DNA of 64,000 nucleotides from an uncultured Alphaproteobacteria bacterium (GTDB lineage Bacteria; Pseudomonadota; Alphaproteobacteria; UBA7879; VGCX01): NCBI GenBank assembly GCA_913061155.1, contig CAJXSI010000001.1, positions 13,955 to 77,954 of the forward strand, read 5' to 3'. Shown piece by piece: positions 53,754 to 64,000 of this stretch (position 1 is its first letter; each line of letters starts with the position of its first letter). The notes under the pieces were generated by a model. It saw only the letters and a program-made list of their open reading frames with translations, ran no database searches and was not told where the DNA came from. The position numbers and the translations under genes were made by a program.

Positions 53754-54070
53754 GTAATGTAGTAAATAAAAAGCAAATTAGTGAAGAAAGGGTGTATGAA
53801 ATCATTCGCTCTCCATTAATTACAGAAAAGGCAACAGCTCTTTCCCAGTTTAATCAATATGTGTTTGAGGTAATGGGAAATGCGACTAAGTCAGAAATCA
53901 AACAAGCAGTTGAAAAACTTTTCAAGGTAACTGTTTTGGGTGTGAATACGGTTTTGACAAAAGGTAAGACCAAACGCTTTAAGGGTCGTATGGGGCGTCG
54001 CCAAGATCTTAAAAAAGCCATTGTTTCTGTCAAGCAAGGTCAAACAATCGACGTAAGTGTAGGAGTGTAA
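53750..54070 (+). CDS. rplW: 50S ribosomal protein L23
   Basis: Order in the operon and [14 protein letters not shown]. Confidence 0.95.
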
Positions 54071-54071
54071 A

Positions 54072-54899
54072 ATGGCATTAAAAAAATTTAAAGCAATGAC
54101 TCCAGGGACGCGTCAGCTTGTATTGGTTGACAAGTCCAGCCTTTGGAAAGGTGAGCCGTATAAAAAGCTTACAGAAGGCGCAAAAAGCAAAGGTGGTCGT
54201 AATGCAAATGGACGTATCACTTGTCGTCACCAGGGTGGTGGTCACAAACGTCGTTATCGTATTATCGATTTTAAAAGAAATAAATTTGATGTAAAAGCAA
54301 CTGTGGAACGTCTTGAATACGATCCTAATAGAACAGCTTTTATTGCTTTATTAAAGTATGAAGGTGGAGAATATTCATATATTGTTGCGCCTCAACGTTT
54401 AAAAGTTGGTGATATTGTTGAATCTGGTAAAAATGTTGATATTAAGCCAGGTAACTCGCTTCCTTTGGGGAATATTCCTATTGGAACGATCGTTCATAAT
54501 ATTGAAGTTAAGCCAGGTAAGGGTGCGCAAATCGCAAGATCTGCAGGGTCTTATGCTCAATATGTTGGTCGTGATACAGGTGTTGCTATTATTCGTTTGT
54601 CTTCAGGGGAAACAAGATTGATTCATCTTGAATGTATGGCGACTATTGGTGCGGTTTCAAACCCAGATCAAAAGAATATAAACCTTGGTAAAGCAGGTCG
54701 TTCCCGTTGGTTAGGTCGTAGGCCAACCGTACGTGGTGTAGCAATGAACCCTGTAGATCACCCTCATGGTGGTGGTGAAGGGCGTACTTCAGGTGGACGT
54801 CACCCCGTAACGCCTTGGGGTAAGCATACCAAAGGTAAGAAAACAAGAAAGTCAAAACCTTCTGACAAATATATTGTCAGCAGACGTAAGAAGAAATAG
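54072..54899 (+). CDS. rplB: 50S ribosomal protein L2
   Basis: ...[15 protein letters not shown]...[32 protein letters not shown]. Confidence 0.97.
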   Translation: MALKKFKAMTPGTRQLVLVDKSSLWKGEPYKKLTEGAKSKGGRNANGRITCRHQGGGHKRRYRIIDFKRNKFDVKATVERLEYDPNRTAFIALLKYEGGEYSYIVAPQRLKVGDIVESGKNVDIKPGNSLPLGNIPIGTIVHNIEVKPGKGAQIARSAGSYAQYVGRDTGVAIIRLSSGETRLIHLECMATIGAVSNPDQKNINLGKAGRSRWLGRRPTVRGVAMNPVDHPHGGGEGRTSGGRHPVTPWGKHTKGKKTRKSKPSDKYIVSRRKKK

Positions 54900-54911
54900 G
54901 AGTACATAAGA

Positions 54912-55190
54912 GTGTCACGTTCAGTTTGGAAGGGTCCATTTGTAGACGGTTATCTTTTAAAGAAAGCCGAAAAAGTAAGAAGCTCAGGTCGCAATGATGT
55001 TATTAAGACTTGGTCACGTCGATCAACGATCATGCCTCAATTCGTAGGTCTTACTTTTGGTGTCCACAATGGTAAGAAATTTGTTCCAGTTTATGTTAGT
55101 GAAAACATGATTGGTCACAAATTTGGAGAATTTGCTATGACGCGTACCTTCTATGGACACGCGGCAGACAAGAAAGCTAAAAGAGGTTAA
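54912..55190 (+). CDS. rpsS: 30S ribosomal protein S19 (GTG start)
   Basis: [17 protein letters not shown]...[13 protein letters not shown]. Confidence 0.95.
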   Translation: MSRSVWKGPFVDGYLLKKAEKVRSSGRNDVIKTWSRRSTIMPQFVGLTFGVHNGKKFVPVYVSENMIGHKFGEFAMTRTFYGHAADKKAKRG

Positions 55191-55192
55191 TT

Positions 55193-55576
55193 ATGGGTAA
55201 AAAAGCATTACCAAGACAGCTAAGTGAAAAAGAAGCAATCGCAAAAGCAAAGATGATAAGAACATCTCCAAGTAAGCTTAGTCTTGTTGCTGCCAGCATT
55301 CAAGGTAAGAAAGTTGGAAAAGCATTGGCAGAGCTAGAATTTTCAAGAAAACGTGTTGCAGATGAAGTTAAAAAAGTATTAACTGCAGCTATTGCGAATG
55401 CTGAAAACAATCATAACTTGGATGTTGATCAGCTGGTTGTTTCACAAGCCACAGTTGGAAAAGCTTTGGTAATGAAGCGTTTTCGTGCAAGGGCAAAAGG
55501 ACGGGCAGCAAGAATTTTGAAGCCTTTCAGTAACTTGAGAATTATTGTAAAAGAACTGGGCGAGGAGAAAGCGTAA
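55193..55576 (+). CDS. rplV: 50S ribosomal protein L22
   Basis: Order in the operon. [25 protein letters not shown]. Confidence 0.95.
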   Translation: MGKKALPRQLSEKEAIAKAKMIRTSPSKLSLVAASIQGKKVGKALAELEFSRKRVADEVKKVLTAAIANAENNHNLDVDQLVVSQATVGKALVMKRFRARAKGRAARILKPFSNLRIIVKELGEEKA

Positions 55577-56253
55577 TGGGACAAAAGGTTAACCCAATTG
55601 GATTGAGATTAAATATCAACAGAACATGGGATTCTCGTTGGTTTGCAGATAAGGCTTATGGCGATTTATTGAACCAAGATCTTAAGATCAGAAAATTCAT
55701 TATGGCAAAGCTTAAGCAAGCTGCTGTTTCCAAGGTTGTGATTGAAAGGCCTGCAAAAAAGGCGAAGATTACAATTTATTCCGCCCGTCCAGGAATTATC
55801 ATTGGAAAAAAAGGTGCTGATTTAGATTTCTTAAAAAAAGAAGTTTCTAAAATTACAAATTCTGAAGTTTCCATTAATATTTTGGAAATTCGTAAGCCAG
55901 AATTAGATGCAAAATTAATTGCAGACACAATTGCTCAGCAACTTGAACGCCGTGTTTCCTTTAGAAGGGCCATGAAAAAGTCAGTTCAATCTGTCTTAAG
56001 ATTAGGTGGCCTAGGAATTCGAATTAACTGTTCTGGTCGCTTGGGTGGATCTGAAATCGCCCGCATGGAATGGTATCGCGAAGGACGTGTTCCTTTACAT
56101 ACTCTGCGTGCTGATATCGATTATGGTGTCGGGACTGCCTTTACAACTTATGGTGCAATTGGTATTAAAGTTTGGGTGTTTAAAGGTGAAATTATGGAAC
56201 ATGATCCAATGGCTCAGGATAGGCGTGTTCGTGAAAATGTAGTGAATCGTTAA
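55576..56253 (+). CDS. rpsC: 30S ribosomal protein S3
   Basis: [24 protein letters not shown]... Confidence 0.97.
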   Translation: MGQKVNPIGLRLNINRTWDSRWFADKAYGDLLNQDLKIRKFIMAKLKQAAVSKVVIERPAKKAKITIYSARPGIIIGKKGADLDFLKKEVSKITNSEVSINILEIRKPELDAKLIADTIAQQLERRVSFRRAMKKSVQSVLRLGGLGIRINCSGRLGGSEIARMEWYREGRVPLHTLRADIDYGVGTAFTTYGAIGIKVWVFKGEIMEHDPMAQDRRVRENVVNR

Positions 56254-56266
56254 TATAAGGTAATAG

Positions 56267-56680
56267 TTGATGTTAAGTCCAAAACGTACAAAATTTAGAA
56301 AAGCATTTAAAGGGCGTATCCACGGTACTGCGAAAGGTGGAACAACTTTAAACTTTGGGGCGTATGGTTTAAAAGCTTTAAATCCTGAAAGAATTACTTC
56401 TCGTCAGATTGAAGCAGCAAGGCGTGCGATTAGTCGCCATTTGAAAAGATCAGGACGTGTTTGGATTCGTATTTTTCCAGATGTTCCCGTTTCTTCCAAG
56501 CCTGCGGAAGTTCGTATGGGTAAAGGTAAGGGGGCGCCAGAATTTTGGGCGGCACGTGTTAAGCCTGGGCGTATTATGTTTGAAATTGAAGGGGTTAGTG
56601 AACTTCTTGCGCGGGAAGCCTTTATGCTTGCTTCTGCGAAACTGCCAATTCAAACAAAATTCGTGACTCGGGCATTTTAG
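56267..56680 (+). CDS. rplP: 50S ribosomal protein L16
   Basis: [24 protein letters not shown]... Confidence 0.97.
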   Translation: MMLSPKRTKFRKAFKGRIHGTAKGGTTLNFGAYGLKALNPERITSRQIEAARRAISRHLKRSGRVWIRIFPDVPVSSKPAEVRMGKGKGAPEFWAARVKPGRIMFEIEGVSELLAREAFMLASAKLPIQTKFVTRAF

Positions 56681-56692
56681 AAGGGTTGAATT

Positions 56693-56896
56693 ATGAAGAT
56701 AGCAGAATTACGTAAGAAAAAAGACGAAGATTTAGTGAAGATGGTTATTGATCTTAAGAAAGAGTTATTAAACTTAAGGTTTCAAAAGACAGCTGGGCAA
56801 TTGCAGAACACAGCACGTATTCGACAAGCTCGTCGCCAGGTAGCAAGTGCAAAGACGGAATTGCATGCGCGTAAAAAGAAAATAAATAGTAAATAA
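56693..56896 (+). CDS. rpmC: 50S ribosomal protein L29
   Basis: Order in the operon. [27 protein letters not shown]. Confidence 0.9.
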   Translation: MKIAELRKKKDEDLVKMVIDLKKELLNLRFQKTAGQLQNTARIRQARRQVASAKTELHARKKKINSK

Positions 56897-56909
56897 AGGT
56901 TGTAAAATT

Positions 56910-57155
56910 ATGCCACGCAGAGTATTAAGAGGTACGGTAGTTAGTGCTAAAGGAGACAAAACAATAACTGTTTCCGTAGTGCGCCGGGTTATGCATCCGG
57001 TTTATAAAAAGTATATCAATAAGTCAAAGAAATTTGCTGCACACGATAATGATAATGCGGCAAAAGAAGGTGACATAGTTGAAATCCAAGAATGCAAGCC
57101 TATATCTAAGACAAAGACGTGGGAATTAATTGCTACAACAAGTGAACAAAAGTAG
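56910..57155 (+). CDS. rpsQ: 30S ribosomal protein S17
   Basis: [32 protein letters not shown]. Confidence 0.95.
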   Translation: MPRRVLRGTVVSAKGDKTITVSVVRRVMHPVYKKYINKSKKFAAHDNDNAAKEGDIVEIQECKPISKTKTWELIATTSEQK

Positions 57156-57167
57156 CAGAGGTTTATT

Positions 57168-57536
57168 ATGATTCAAATGCAAACAAGACTAGAAGTAGCG
57201 GATAACTCAGGGGCGCGTAGCCTTCAGTGTATCAAGTTACTTGGTGGGTCGAAAAGAAAATCTGTTTCTGTTGGTGATATCATTGTGGTCTCAGTTAAGG
57301 AGGCAATCCCACGTGGTAAGGTTAACAAAGGTAAAGTATATAAAGCCGTAATTGTTAGAACGGCCATGCCGGTTAAAAGGAGTGACGGAACAGTTATTCG
57401 TTTTGATAAAAACGCGGCAGTGTTGTTAAATAACCAGAACGAACCCATTGGGACTCGTATTTTTGGGCCAGTTACACGCGAACTTAGAGCGCGTAACTTT
57501 ATGAAAATTATTTCTCTAGCTCCGGAGGTACTATAA
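57168..57536 (+). CDS. rplN: 50S ribosomal protein L14
   Basis: [17 protein letters not shown]... Confidence 0.97.
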   Translation: MIQMQTRLEVADNSGARSLQCIKLLGGSKRKSVSVGDIIVVSVKEAIPRGKVNKGKVYKAVIVRTAMPVKRSDGTVIRFDKNAAVLLNNQNEPIGTRIFGPVTRELRARNFMKIISLAPEVL

Positions 57537-57537
57537 A

Positions 57538-57852
57538 ATGGTAGCAAGAATTAAAAAAGGCGATACGGTTGTTGTTACAACTGGTAAGAATAAAGGAAAA
57601 AAGGGCGAAATATTAAAAGTCTTTTTAGAAAAAAATAAAGCTTTGGTAAAAGGTGTGAATGTTGTAAAAAGACATATGAAGCCGACAGCAGCAAATCCAA
57701 ATGGAGAGCATGAAAAAGAATTACCAATTCATGTATCTAATTTGATGCACTTGGATCCAAAAGATGGAAAGCCTACAAGAATTAAGGTTGAAGTTAAGGA
57801 CGGTGTTCGTCAACGTGTGGCCAAAAGGTCTGGGACTAAAATAGATAAGTAA
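57538..57852 (+). CDS. rplX: 50S ribosomal protein L24
   Basis: [27 protein letters not shown] domain. Confidence 0.95.
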   Translation: MVARIKKGDTVVVTTGKNKGKKGEILKVFLEKNKALVKGVNVVKRHMKPTAANPNGEHEKELPIHVSNLMHLDPKDGKPTRIKVEVKDGVRQRVAKRSGTKIDK

Positions 57853-58406
57853 TGAGTAAGGTTATGATGGCTCGTTTAAGAGAAGAATACGAAAATAAGA
57901 TCAAGCAAGATTTGATCAAGCGGTTTAACTTTAAATCACCTATGCAAGCACCACGATTGGAAAAAATCGTTTTGAACATGGGGATTGGTGAAGGGACACG
58001 TGATGATAAGAAAGTTGTAGCTGCTTTAAAAGATATGACAATCATTACGGGGCAAAAGCCTGTTATCACAAAGGCGCGTAAATCCATTGCAGGATTTAAG
58101 TTGCGTGATGGCATGAAAATTGGTGTGAAGGTTACCCTTCGTGGCAATCACATGTATGAATTTATGGATCGTTTGGTAAATATTGCTTTGCCGCGTGTTC
58201 GTGACTTTAGAGGGTTGTCCCCTAAAAGTTTTGATGGAAATGGAAATTATTCTTTAGGTCTTAAAGAACAAATCGTTTTTCCTGAAATTGAATACGATAA
58301 AATCGATCAAATCCGCGGTATGGATATATGTGTTGTAACCACCGCAAATAATGATGAAGAAGGAAGAGAGCTTTTGAAAGCTTTTGACTTCCCATTTACG
58401 AAATAA
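57852..58406 (+). CDS. rplE: 50S ribosomal protein L5
   Basis: [40 protein letters not shown]. Confidence 0.97.
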   Translation: MSKVMMARLREEYENKIKQDLIKRFNFKSPMQAPRLEKIVLNMGIGEGTRDDKKVVAALKDMTIITGQKPVITKARKSIAGFKLRDGMKIGVKVTLRGNHMYEFMDRLVNIALPRVRDFRGLSPKSFDGNGNYSLGLKEQIVFPEIEYDKIDQIRGMDICVVTTANNDEEGRELLKAFDFPFTK

Positions 58407-58416
58407 AGAGGAATAA

Positions 58417-58722
58417 ATGGCAAAAAGTAGTGCGATAGAAAAGAACTTAAACAAAGCAAAAAAAGTTAAAGAATTTGCTTCAAGAAGAGCTCAATTAAAA
58501 GCAAAGATAAAAGACTCAAATTCTTCTGTAGAAGATAGATTTGAATTTTCTATTAAGCTAAGTGAATTGCCAAGAAACTCTTCAAAAATCAGACTAAGGA
58601 ATAGGTGTGAGCTTACAGGACGCCCCCGTGGTTATTATCGTAAATTTAAAATTTCCAGAATTGCACTTAGGGAATTAACTTCCCAAGGTCAAATCCCTGG
58701 AATGACAAAGTCAAGTTGGTAA
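58417..58722 (+). CDS. rpsN: 30S ribosomal protein S14
   Basis: [17 protein letters not shown]...[41 protein letters not shown]. Confidence 0.95.
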   Translation: MAKSSAIEKNLNKAKKVKEFASRRAQLKAKIKDSNSSVEDRFEFSIKLSELPRNSSKIRLRNRCELTGRPRGYYRKFKISRIALRELTSQGQIPGMTKSSW

Positions 58723-58735
58723 GGAGACGAATATT

Positions 58736-59134
58736 ATGTCAATGAGTGATCCGATTGCAGATTTAATCACTAGAATAAGAAATGCCCAAGCTCGTAAAAA
58801 AGGCACAGTACGTGTTTTGTCTTCTAAAATGGCAAATAACTTATTAGCTGTCTTAAAGGAAGAAGGTTTTATTGGGCCTTTTAAAACAGTGAATGTTCGT
58901 CCAAATATAGACGAAATAGAGGTGACTTTAAAATATTTTGAAGGTGAAGGTGTTATACGCGAAATTAAACGTGTATCCACGCCAGGAAGACGTACTTATT
59001 CAAAAATCAAAGATATGCCAAAGCCTTATAATGGTTTGGGTGTTGCGGTTTTAACTACGTCAAAGGGTGTTGTGTCTGATAATGCAGCACGTCAGTTAAA
59101 CATTGGTGGTGAAGTACTTTGTACTTTATTTTAG
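58736..59134 (+). CDS. rpsH: 30S ribosomal protein S8
   Basis: MSMSDPIADLITRIRNAQ... Confidence 0.97.
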   Translation: MSMSDPIADLITRIRNAQARKKGTVRVLSSKMANNLLAVLKEEGFIGPFKTVNVRPNIDEIEVTLKYFEGEGVIREIKRVSTPGRRTYSKIKDMPKPYNGLGVAVLTTSKGVVSDNAARQLNIGGEVLCTLF

Positions 59135-59146
59135 AAGGTTGTTGAT

Positions 59147-59680
59147 ATGTCAAGAGTTGGAAAAAATCCTATAAGCATTCCAGAGGGTGTTAATGTAAAT
59201 ATTAGCGCACAGGAAATTATTGCAAAAGGAAAAAATGGGGAGCTTTCTATGAAGGTTCCAGCCCACGTAAGTGCAAAAGTTGAAGGTAATGTTGTCGTTG
59301 TGGCACCAGCTGATAATTCTAAGAAAGCACGTTCATTATGGGGGACTTATCGTAGTATCGTAAGTAACCTTGTGCAGGGCGTTTCTGAAGGTTTTACAGT
59401 TAAACTTGAAGTGAATGGCGTTGGTTATCGTTGTCAAGTTCAAGGCGAAATTCTTGTCATGCAGCTTGGTTTTAGTCATGAGGTTCGTTTCCCAATTCCA
59501 AAAGGAATAACAATTAAGTGTGATAAGCCGACATTGATTTCAATTCATGGAGCTGATAAGCAGGCTGTTGGTCAAGTCGCTTCTAATATTAGAAAATATA
59601 GATTGCCTGAGCCTTATAAAGGAAAAGGTATTAAGTACGAAAACGAGCAGATTCTAAGAAAAGAAGGAAAGAAGAAGTAA
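59147..59680 (+). CDS. rplF: 50S ribosomal protein L6
   Basis: [19 protein letters not shown]... Confidence 0.97.
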   Translation: MSRVGKNPISIPEGVNVNISAQEIIAKGKNGELSMKVPAHVSAKVEGNVVVVAPADNSKKARSLWGTYRSIVSNLVQGVSEGFTVKLEVNGVGYRCQVQGEILVMQLGFSHEVRFPIPKGITIKCDKPTLISIHGADKQAVGQVASNIRKYRLPEPYKGKGIKYENEQILRKEGKKK

Positions 59681-59681
59681 A

Positions 59682-60050
59682 ATGGCAAATAAAGCACAAA
59701 AAAACCTTTTGCGCCGTAAAAAAAGGGTTAGCTATAAAGTCCGGAAAAAAACACAAGAAGGTACACCAAGACTTTCAGTTTTCCGATCAAATAATCATAT
59801 TTACGCACAAGTTATTGATGACATTAAGGGTGTGACTTTGGCTGCGGCATCTTCTTTGTCCAAAGAATTTGACACAAAGAAATTTAAAGGTTATGACGTT
59901 GAATCAGCGGCAAATGTCGGAACATTGGTTGCTGAAAAAGCAAAAAAAGCTGGCGTTACAAAAGTCGTTTTTGAAAGAGGCGGATATATTTATCATGGTC
60001 GTGTGAAGGCTTTAGCTGAAGCTGCGCGCGAAGGTGGATTACAGTTTTAA
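59682..60050 (+). CDS. rplR: 50S ribosomal protein L18
   Basis: [18 protein letters not shown]... Confidence 0.95.
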   Translation: MANKAQKNLLRRKKRVSYKVRKKTQEGTPRLSVFRSNNHIYAQVIDDIKGVTLAAASSLSKEFDTKKFKGYDVESAANVGTLVAEKAKKAGVTKVVFERGGYIYHGRVKALAEAAREGGLQF

Positions 60051-60065
60051 GCTTAAGGAAATAGA

Positions 60066-60641
60066 ATGTCACAACAATTAAAACAAGATAAGCAAGAACA
60101 GCAGATCACTGAAAAGTTGGTGAGTATCAACCGTGTTGCCAAAGTTGTTAAAGGGGGGAAGAATTTCTCCTTCTCAGCATTGGTAGTTGTCGGTGATGGT
60201 AAGGGTCGCGTTGGATATGGTTTAGGTAAAGCCCGGGAAGTTCCTGAGGCTGTCAAAAAAGCATCTGATAAAGCCAGAAAAGCAATGATTAAAGTTCCTT
60301 TACGGGAAGGTCGCACAGTGCATCACGACGTAATTGGTCGTTTTGGGGCGGGTCATGTTGTTATTCGTTCCGCACCAGCGGGGACAGGGATTATCGCAGG
60401 TGGTCCAGCACGTGCTGTTTTTGAATCTTTAGGGATTCATGATGTTGTTTGTAAGTCCATTGGAACTTCAAACCCGCATAACATGGTAAAGGCAACACTT
60501 CAGGCTTTGAAAATTGTGACGTCTCCGCGTGAAGTTGCGACAAGACGTGGTAAGAAAATTGGTGAAATTGTTTCCAGACGGGAATATAAGGTTGGTGACA
60601 AGGTTTCTGTAAAAGAGGTTAGCGATGTTAAAGAAAATTAA
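60066..60641 (+). CDS. rpsE: 30S ribosomal protein S5
   Basis: [42 protein letters not shown]. Confidence 0.97.
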   Translation: MSQQLKQDKQEQQITEKLVSINRVAKVVKGGKNFSFSALVVVGDGKGRVGYGLGKAREVPEAVKKASDKARKAMIKVPLREGRTVHHDVIGRFGAGHVVIRSAPAGTGIIAGGPARAVFESLGIHDVVCKSIGTSNPHNMVKATLQALKIVTSPREVATRRGKKIGEIVSRREYKVGDKVSVKEVSDVKEN

Positions 60642-60807
60642 AGTAACCCAAATCGCAAGTACGATTCGTCGTCAAGAATGGCAGACGCAATGTCTTAAAG
60701 GCTTGGGGCTAGGGAAAATGAATAGAGCTAAGGTTCTTGTTGATACGCCTGAAGTAAGAGGTATGGTCAACAAAATTAAACACCTTGTAACAGTAACTGA
60801 AGCATAA
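60625..60807 (+). CDS. rpmD: 50S ribosomal protein L30
   Basis: [35 protein letters not shown]. Confidence 0.9.
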   Translation: MLKKIKVTQIASTIRRQEWQTQCLKGLGLGKMNRAKVLVDTPEVRGMVNKIKHLVTVTEA

Positions 60808-60821
60808 GTGGTAGGACGATA

Positions 60822-61286
60822 ATGAAACTAAATGAATTACAAAATAATTCTGGCGCAACAAAGAATCCAAAACGCGTAGGTCGCGGAATTGGTTCTGGGA
60901 CAGGTAAAACTGCTGGTTCAGGTCAAAAAGGTCAGAAATCCCGTTCAGGTGTTGCTATTAAAGGATTTGAAGGTGGGCAAATGCCTTTGCAAAGGCGTCT
61001 ACCGAAAAGAGGATTTTCACATATTGGAGAGCCAACATGTGCAATCAACTTATCTGATATTCAAGAAGCTATCGATGCGAAGAAATTATCTGCATCAGTT
61101 GCTATTACATCAGAAGTGTTGGCAAACGCAGGTATGATTCGAAATGCAAATTGGTCTTTACGAGTTCTTGCAAAAGGGGCTTTAAAAGATAAAGTAACCA
61201 TCAGTGCGAATCATTTCAGTAAATCCGCAAAAGAAGCAATTGAAAAAGCTGGCGGAAAAGCTGAAGAAATCAACAAAAGCAAGTAA
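60822..61286 (+). CDS. rplO: 50S ribosomal protein L15
   Basis: MKLNELQNNSGATKNPKRVGRGIGSGTGKTAGSGQKGQKSRSG. Confidence 0.97.
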   Translation: MKLNELQNNSGATKNPKRVGRGIGSGTGKTAGSGQKGQKSRSGVAIKGFEGGQMPLQRRLPKRGFSHIGEPTCAINLSDIQEAIDAKKLSASVAITSEVLANAGMIRNANWSLRVLAKGALKDKVTISANHFSKSAKEAIEKAGGKAEEINKSK

Positions 61287-61300
61287 TACCAGGAGGTTAC

Positions 61301-62632
61301 ATGGCATCTGCGGCAGAACAATTAGCGGCAAATCTAAATTTTAGTGCTTTTTCTAAGGCTAAGGATCTTAAGAAACGTATATGGTTTACGTTACTTGCTT
61401 TGATTGTTTACCGTTTGGGGACGTATATTCCTTTGCCAGGTATTGATATGTCTGTGATGGCAGACATTGCAAAACGTAATGCCTCAGGTATTCTTGGTAT
61501 GGTTGACATGTTTTCTGGAGGTGCTTTGTGGCGTATGACAATTTTGGCATTAAATATTATGCCTTATATCTCTGCCAGCATTATGATTCAGCTGCTTTCT
61601 GCAATTCATCCGCAACTTGAAGCTTTGCGTAAAGAAGGCGAATCGGGGCGTAAGAAATTAAATCAATACACCCGTTATGCAACAGTTGTTCTTGCAACAG
61701 TTCAGGCATTTGCTATGGCAAAAACCCTTCAATCAAGCGGCGCTGCGATGGACCCTGGTATGTTTTTTCAGGTTAGTACTGTTGTTACAATTGTGGGTGG
61801 CACAATGTTTTTGGTATGGTTGGGTGAGCAAATTACGGCCCGCGGTATCGGTAACGGAATATCTTTAATTATCTTTTCTGGGATTGTTGCTAACTTACCG
61901 CAAGCCGCATTAAGAATGTTGGATCTTGGACGTGAAGGGCAATATCATGTGGCCTTTATCCTGGGTATCCTGGTTCTATTGGCGGCAGTCATAGCTTTTA
62001 TCGTATTCATGGAGCGTGCCCAACGTAAGGTTTTAATTCAATACCCTAAGCGTCAAATGGGTAACCGCGTTATGGGCGGCGAAAGCAACCACTTACCTTT
62101 AAAGTTAAATAATGCCGGTGTTATTCCCCCAATTTTCGCCAGCTCTATTTTGTTGTTGCCAGGAACATTGGCTTCCTTTATTACAAATGGTCCAGATTGG
62201 GTTCAAACAATTCTATATAACTTAAGTCCTGGTCGCCCAATATTTATGATATTGTATGCTTTCTTTATTGTGTTCTTTGCTTTCTTCTATACAGCATTGA
62301 TGTTCAATTCTGATGATACAGCCGAAAACCTTAAAAAGGGGGGGGCATTTATCCCAGGTATTCGCCCAGGAGCAAGTACATCCGCTTATTTTGACTTTTT
62401 GTTGACGCGTTTGACAACGATTGGTGCCGCCTATCTCGTTGCTGTTTGTATTTTGCCAGAATTCTTAAAAGTTAAATACAGTTTGCCTTTTTATCTTGGG
62501 GGAACAAGTTTGTTGATCGTTGTAAGTGTAACAATGGATACGGTTTCACAGGTTCATTCACACTTGATGTCACATCAATATGAAAACTTGATGAAAAGAT
62601 CAAGGTTGAATTCTAAAGGTCGCCGTAAATGA
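61301..62632 (+). CDS. secY: Preprotein translocase SecY
   Basis: 443-aa 10-TM protein. ...LGTYIPLPGID...ILALNIMPYISASIMIQLL. Confidence 0.97.
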   Translation: MASAAEQLAANLNFSAFSKAKDLKKRIWFTLLALIVYRLGTYIPLPGIDMSVMADIAKRNASGILGMVDMFSGGALWRMTILALNIMPYISASIMIQLLSAIHPQLEALRKEGESGRKKLNQYTRYATVVLATVQAFAMAKTLQSSGAAMDPGMFFQVSTVVTIVGGTMFLVWLGEQITARGIGNGISLIIFSGIVANLPQAALRMLDLGREGQYHVAFILGILVLLAAVIAFIVFMERAQRKVLIQYPKRQMGNRVMGGESNHLPLKLNNAGVIPPIFASSILLLPGTLASFITNGPDWVQTILYNLSPGRPIFMILYAFFIVFFAFFYTALMFNSDDTAENLKKGGAFIPGIRPGASTSAYFDFLLTRLTTIGAAYLVAVCILPEFLKVKYSLPFYLGGTSLLIVVSVTMDTVSQVHSHLMSHQYENLMKRSRLNSKGRRK

Positions 62633-63279
62633 TCGTAATACTATTAGGGCCTCCAGGAGCTGGAAAAGGAACCCAGGCTCAAAGGTTGAAAGAAAATTAT
62701 GGCTTGATGCATTTGTCAACTGGTGATATCTTGCGTCAAGAGATAGCAAAAGGTACGGAACTTGGTTTAAAAGCTAAGGAAGTCATGGATGCAGGCGGGC
62801 TTGTTCCAGACGAATATGTTATCAAGATGATTGAAGACAAAATTAATCAGCCTGATTATAAGGCTGGGGTTATATTGGATGGGTTTCCAAGGACAACGCA
62901 ACAAGCGATTACGTTGGACGAAATGCTGGAACAATATAACAAGAAAATTGATGCTGTTATTGAAATCAAAGTTGATGATGAACAGTTGATAAAACGTATT
63001 TCTGGTCGTTATTCTTGCGCAGAATGTGGTGTTTGTTACAACAAATACTTTAAAAAACCTGCAGAAGAAGGTATATGTGATGTCTGTGGTAGTACAGAAT
63101 TTAAACATCGCAGTGATGATAACGAAGAAACGGTGAAGAAACGCTTGGAAGCGTATTATAAGGAAACAATGCCAATAATTCCTTATTACGTGGGAAAGAG
63201 TATTTTGAAAACAGTTGATGGTATGCGGGATATAGACGAAGTGTCCGCAGAAATTAACAGCTTGTTAGAAAAAAAATAA
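62629..63279 (+). CDS. adk: Adenylate kinase with a Cys4 zinc lid
   Basis: MIVILLGPPGAGKGTQAQRL P-loop. LID region CAECGVCYNKYF...CDVCGS. Confidence 0.95.
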   Translation: MIVILLGPPGAGKGTQAQRLKENYGLMHLSTGDILRQEIAKGTELGLKAKEVMDAGGLVPDEYVIKMIEDKINQPDYKAGVILDGFPRTTQQAITLDEMLEQYNKKIDAVIEIKVDDEQLIKRISGRYSCAECGVCYNKYFKKPAEEGICDVCGSTEFKHRSDDNEETVKKRLEAYYKETMPIIPYYVGKSILKTVDGMRDIDEVSAEINSLLEKK

Positions 63280-63338
63280 TATTTTACTAGGAATAGTAAA
63301 GATTAATACCTAAATAGTATGAAAAGGAGAAAATAAAA

Positions 63339-63707
63339 GTGGCTCGTATTGCTGGTGTAAACATACCTACAAATAAAAAAATAGCAGTTGCCTTGACCTA
63401 TATCTTTGGGATTGGGCTTACATCTGCGAAAAAGATTTGTGAACAAGCAAAAATTGATACAACTAAGCGCGTGAATGAACTTAGTGAAGATCAAGTTGCA
63501 GTTATTCGTGAAGTCATTGATCAACATCACCAAGTAGAAGGTGAATTGCGCAGTGAAATTTCCATGAACATTAAGCGTTTAGTAGACCTTGGTTGTTACC
63601 GTGGAATTCGTCACCGTAAAAGACTTCCAGTTCGTGGCCAAAATACGCATGCCAATGCGCGGACACGTAAAGGAAAAGCTGTTGCTATCGCAGGCAAGAA
63701 AAAGTAA
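63339..63707 (+). CDS. rpsM: 30S ribosomal protein S13 (GTG start)
   Basis: [25 protein letters not shown]... Confidence 0.95.
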   Translation: MARIAGVNIPTNKKIAVALTYIFGIGLTSAKKICEQAKIDTTKRVNELSEDQVAVIREVIDQHHQVEGELRSEISMNIKRLVDLGCYRGIRHRKRLPVRGQNTHANARTRKGKAVAIAGKKK

Positions 63708-63720
63708 TAAGGATTAAATA

Positions 63721-64000
63721 ATGGCACAACCAGCATCAAGACTTAGAAAACGCGAAAGAAAAAATATTGCAACAGCTGTTGCGCATATTTCTGCCACGTT
63801 TAACAATACTTTAATTACAATCACAGATGTGCAAGGAAATGCAATTTCATGGTCATCTGCGGGTTCCAAAGGTTTTAAAGGATCAAGAAAGTCCACCCCT
63901 TTTGCGGCGCAAATGGCAGCTGAAGAAGCTGGACGTAAGGCAAAAGACCATGGGGTGAAAAACCTTTCTGTTGAAGTTAAGGGTCCAGGTTCGGGACGTG
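63721..64000 (+). CDS. rpsK: 30S ribosomal protein S11, 3'-truncated at the window end
   Basis: [64 protein letters not shown]... (translated by eye). Confidence 0.9.
   Translation, partial: MAQPASRLRKRERKNIATAVAHISATFNNTLITITDVQGNAISWSSAGSKGFKGSRKSTPFAAQMAAEEAGRKAKDHGVKNLSVEVKGPGSGR

Overview
This 64 kb window looks like an AT-rich alphaproteobacterium (Rickettsiales/Holosporales-like), probably an intracellular one. It is a mostly syntenic core chromosome segment with several small accessory inserts.

Core genes, start to end: plsY (5' truncated), dprA, topA, rnr, uppP, ogt, icd (−), smpB (−), slt, def, infA–maf–yacG, sdhCDAB, then tRNA-Tyr/tRNA-Gly–tuf–tRNA-Trp–secE–nusG–rplKAJL–rpoBC–rpsLG–fusA–tuf–S10/spc/alpha ribosomal operons (rpsJ … rplO–secY–adk–rpsM–rpsK, partial). 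Six tRNAs are called: Arg-ACG, Phe-GAA, Arg-CCG, Tyr-GTA, Gly-TCC, Trp-CCA. tuf is present twice as a near-identical ~1.2 kb repeat.

Accessory content clusters next to tRNAs:
- A Cys-rich secreted protein plus two orphan ORFs sit between tRNA-Arg(ACG) and def.
- Downstream of tRNA-Phe there is an islet with a LysR HTH-only ORF, a small secreted Arg-rich peptide, a GcrA-like protein and a Cys-rich lipoprotein.
- A ~6 kb AT-rich island lies between sdhB and tRNA-Arg(CCG). It carries two secreted proteins, a second small secreted peptide, an AAA+/DUF4143 ATPase, a zf-CHCC mini-protein, and an apparent operon of a 620-aa secreted Cys-rich protein with a CYTH-domain protein.

Other notable items are a tandem pair of diverged lipoprotein paralogs and an XRE-HTH::receiver-domain fusion whose phospho-acceptor Asp appears replaced by Glu. 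Scattered LPS and sugar-modification genes (GT4, GT9 heptosyltransferase, UDP-GlcA epimerase, DegT aminotransferase) are also present.

No CRISPR array, IS element, integrase or rRNA was recognised. All calls rest on reading the ORF translations and the sequence by eye; no searches were run.
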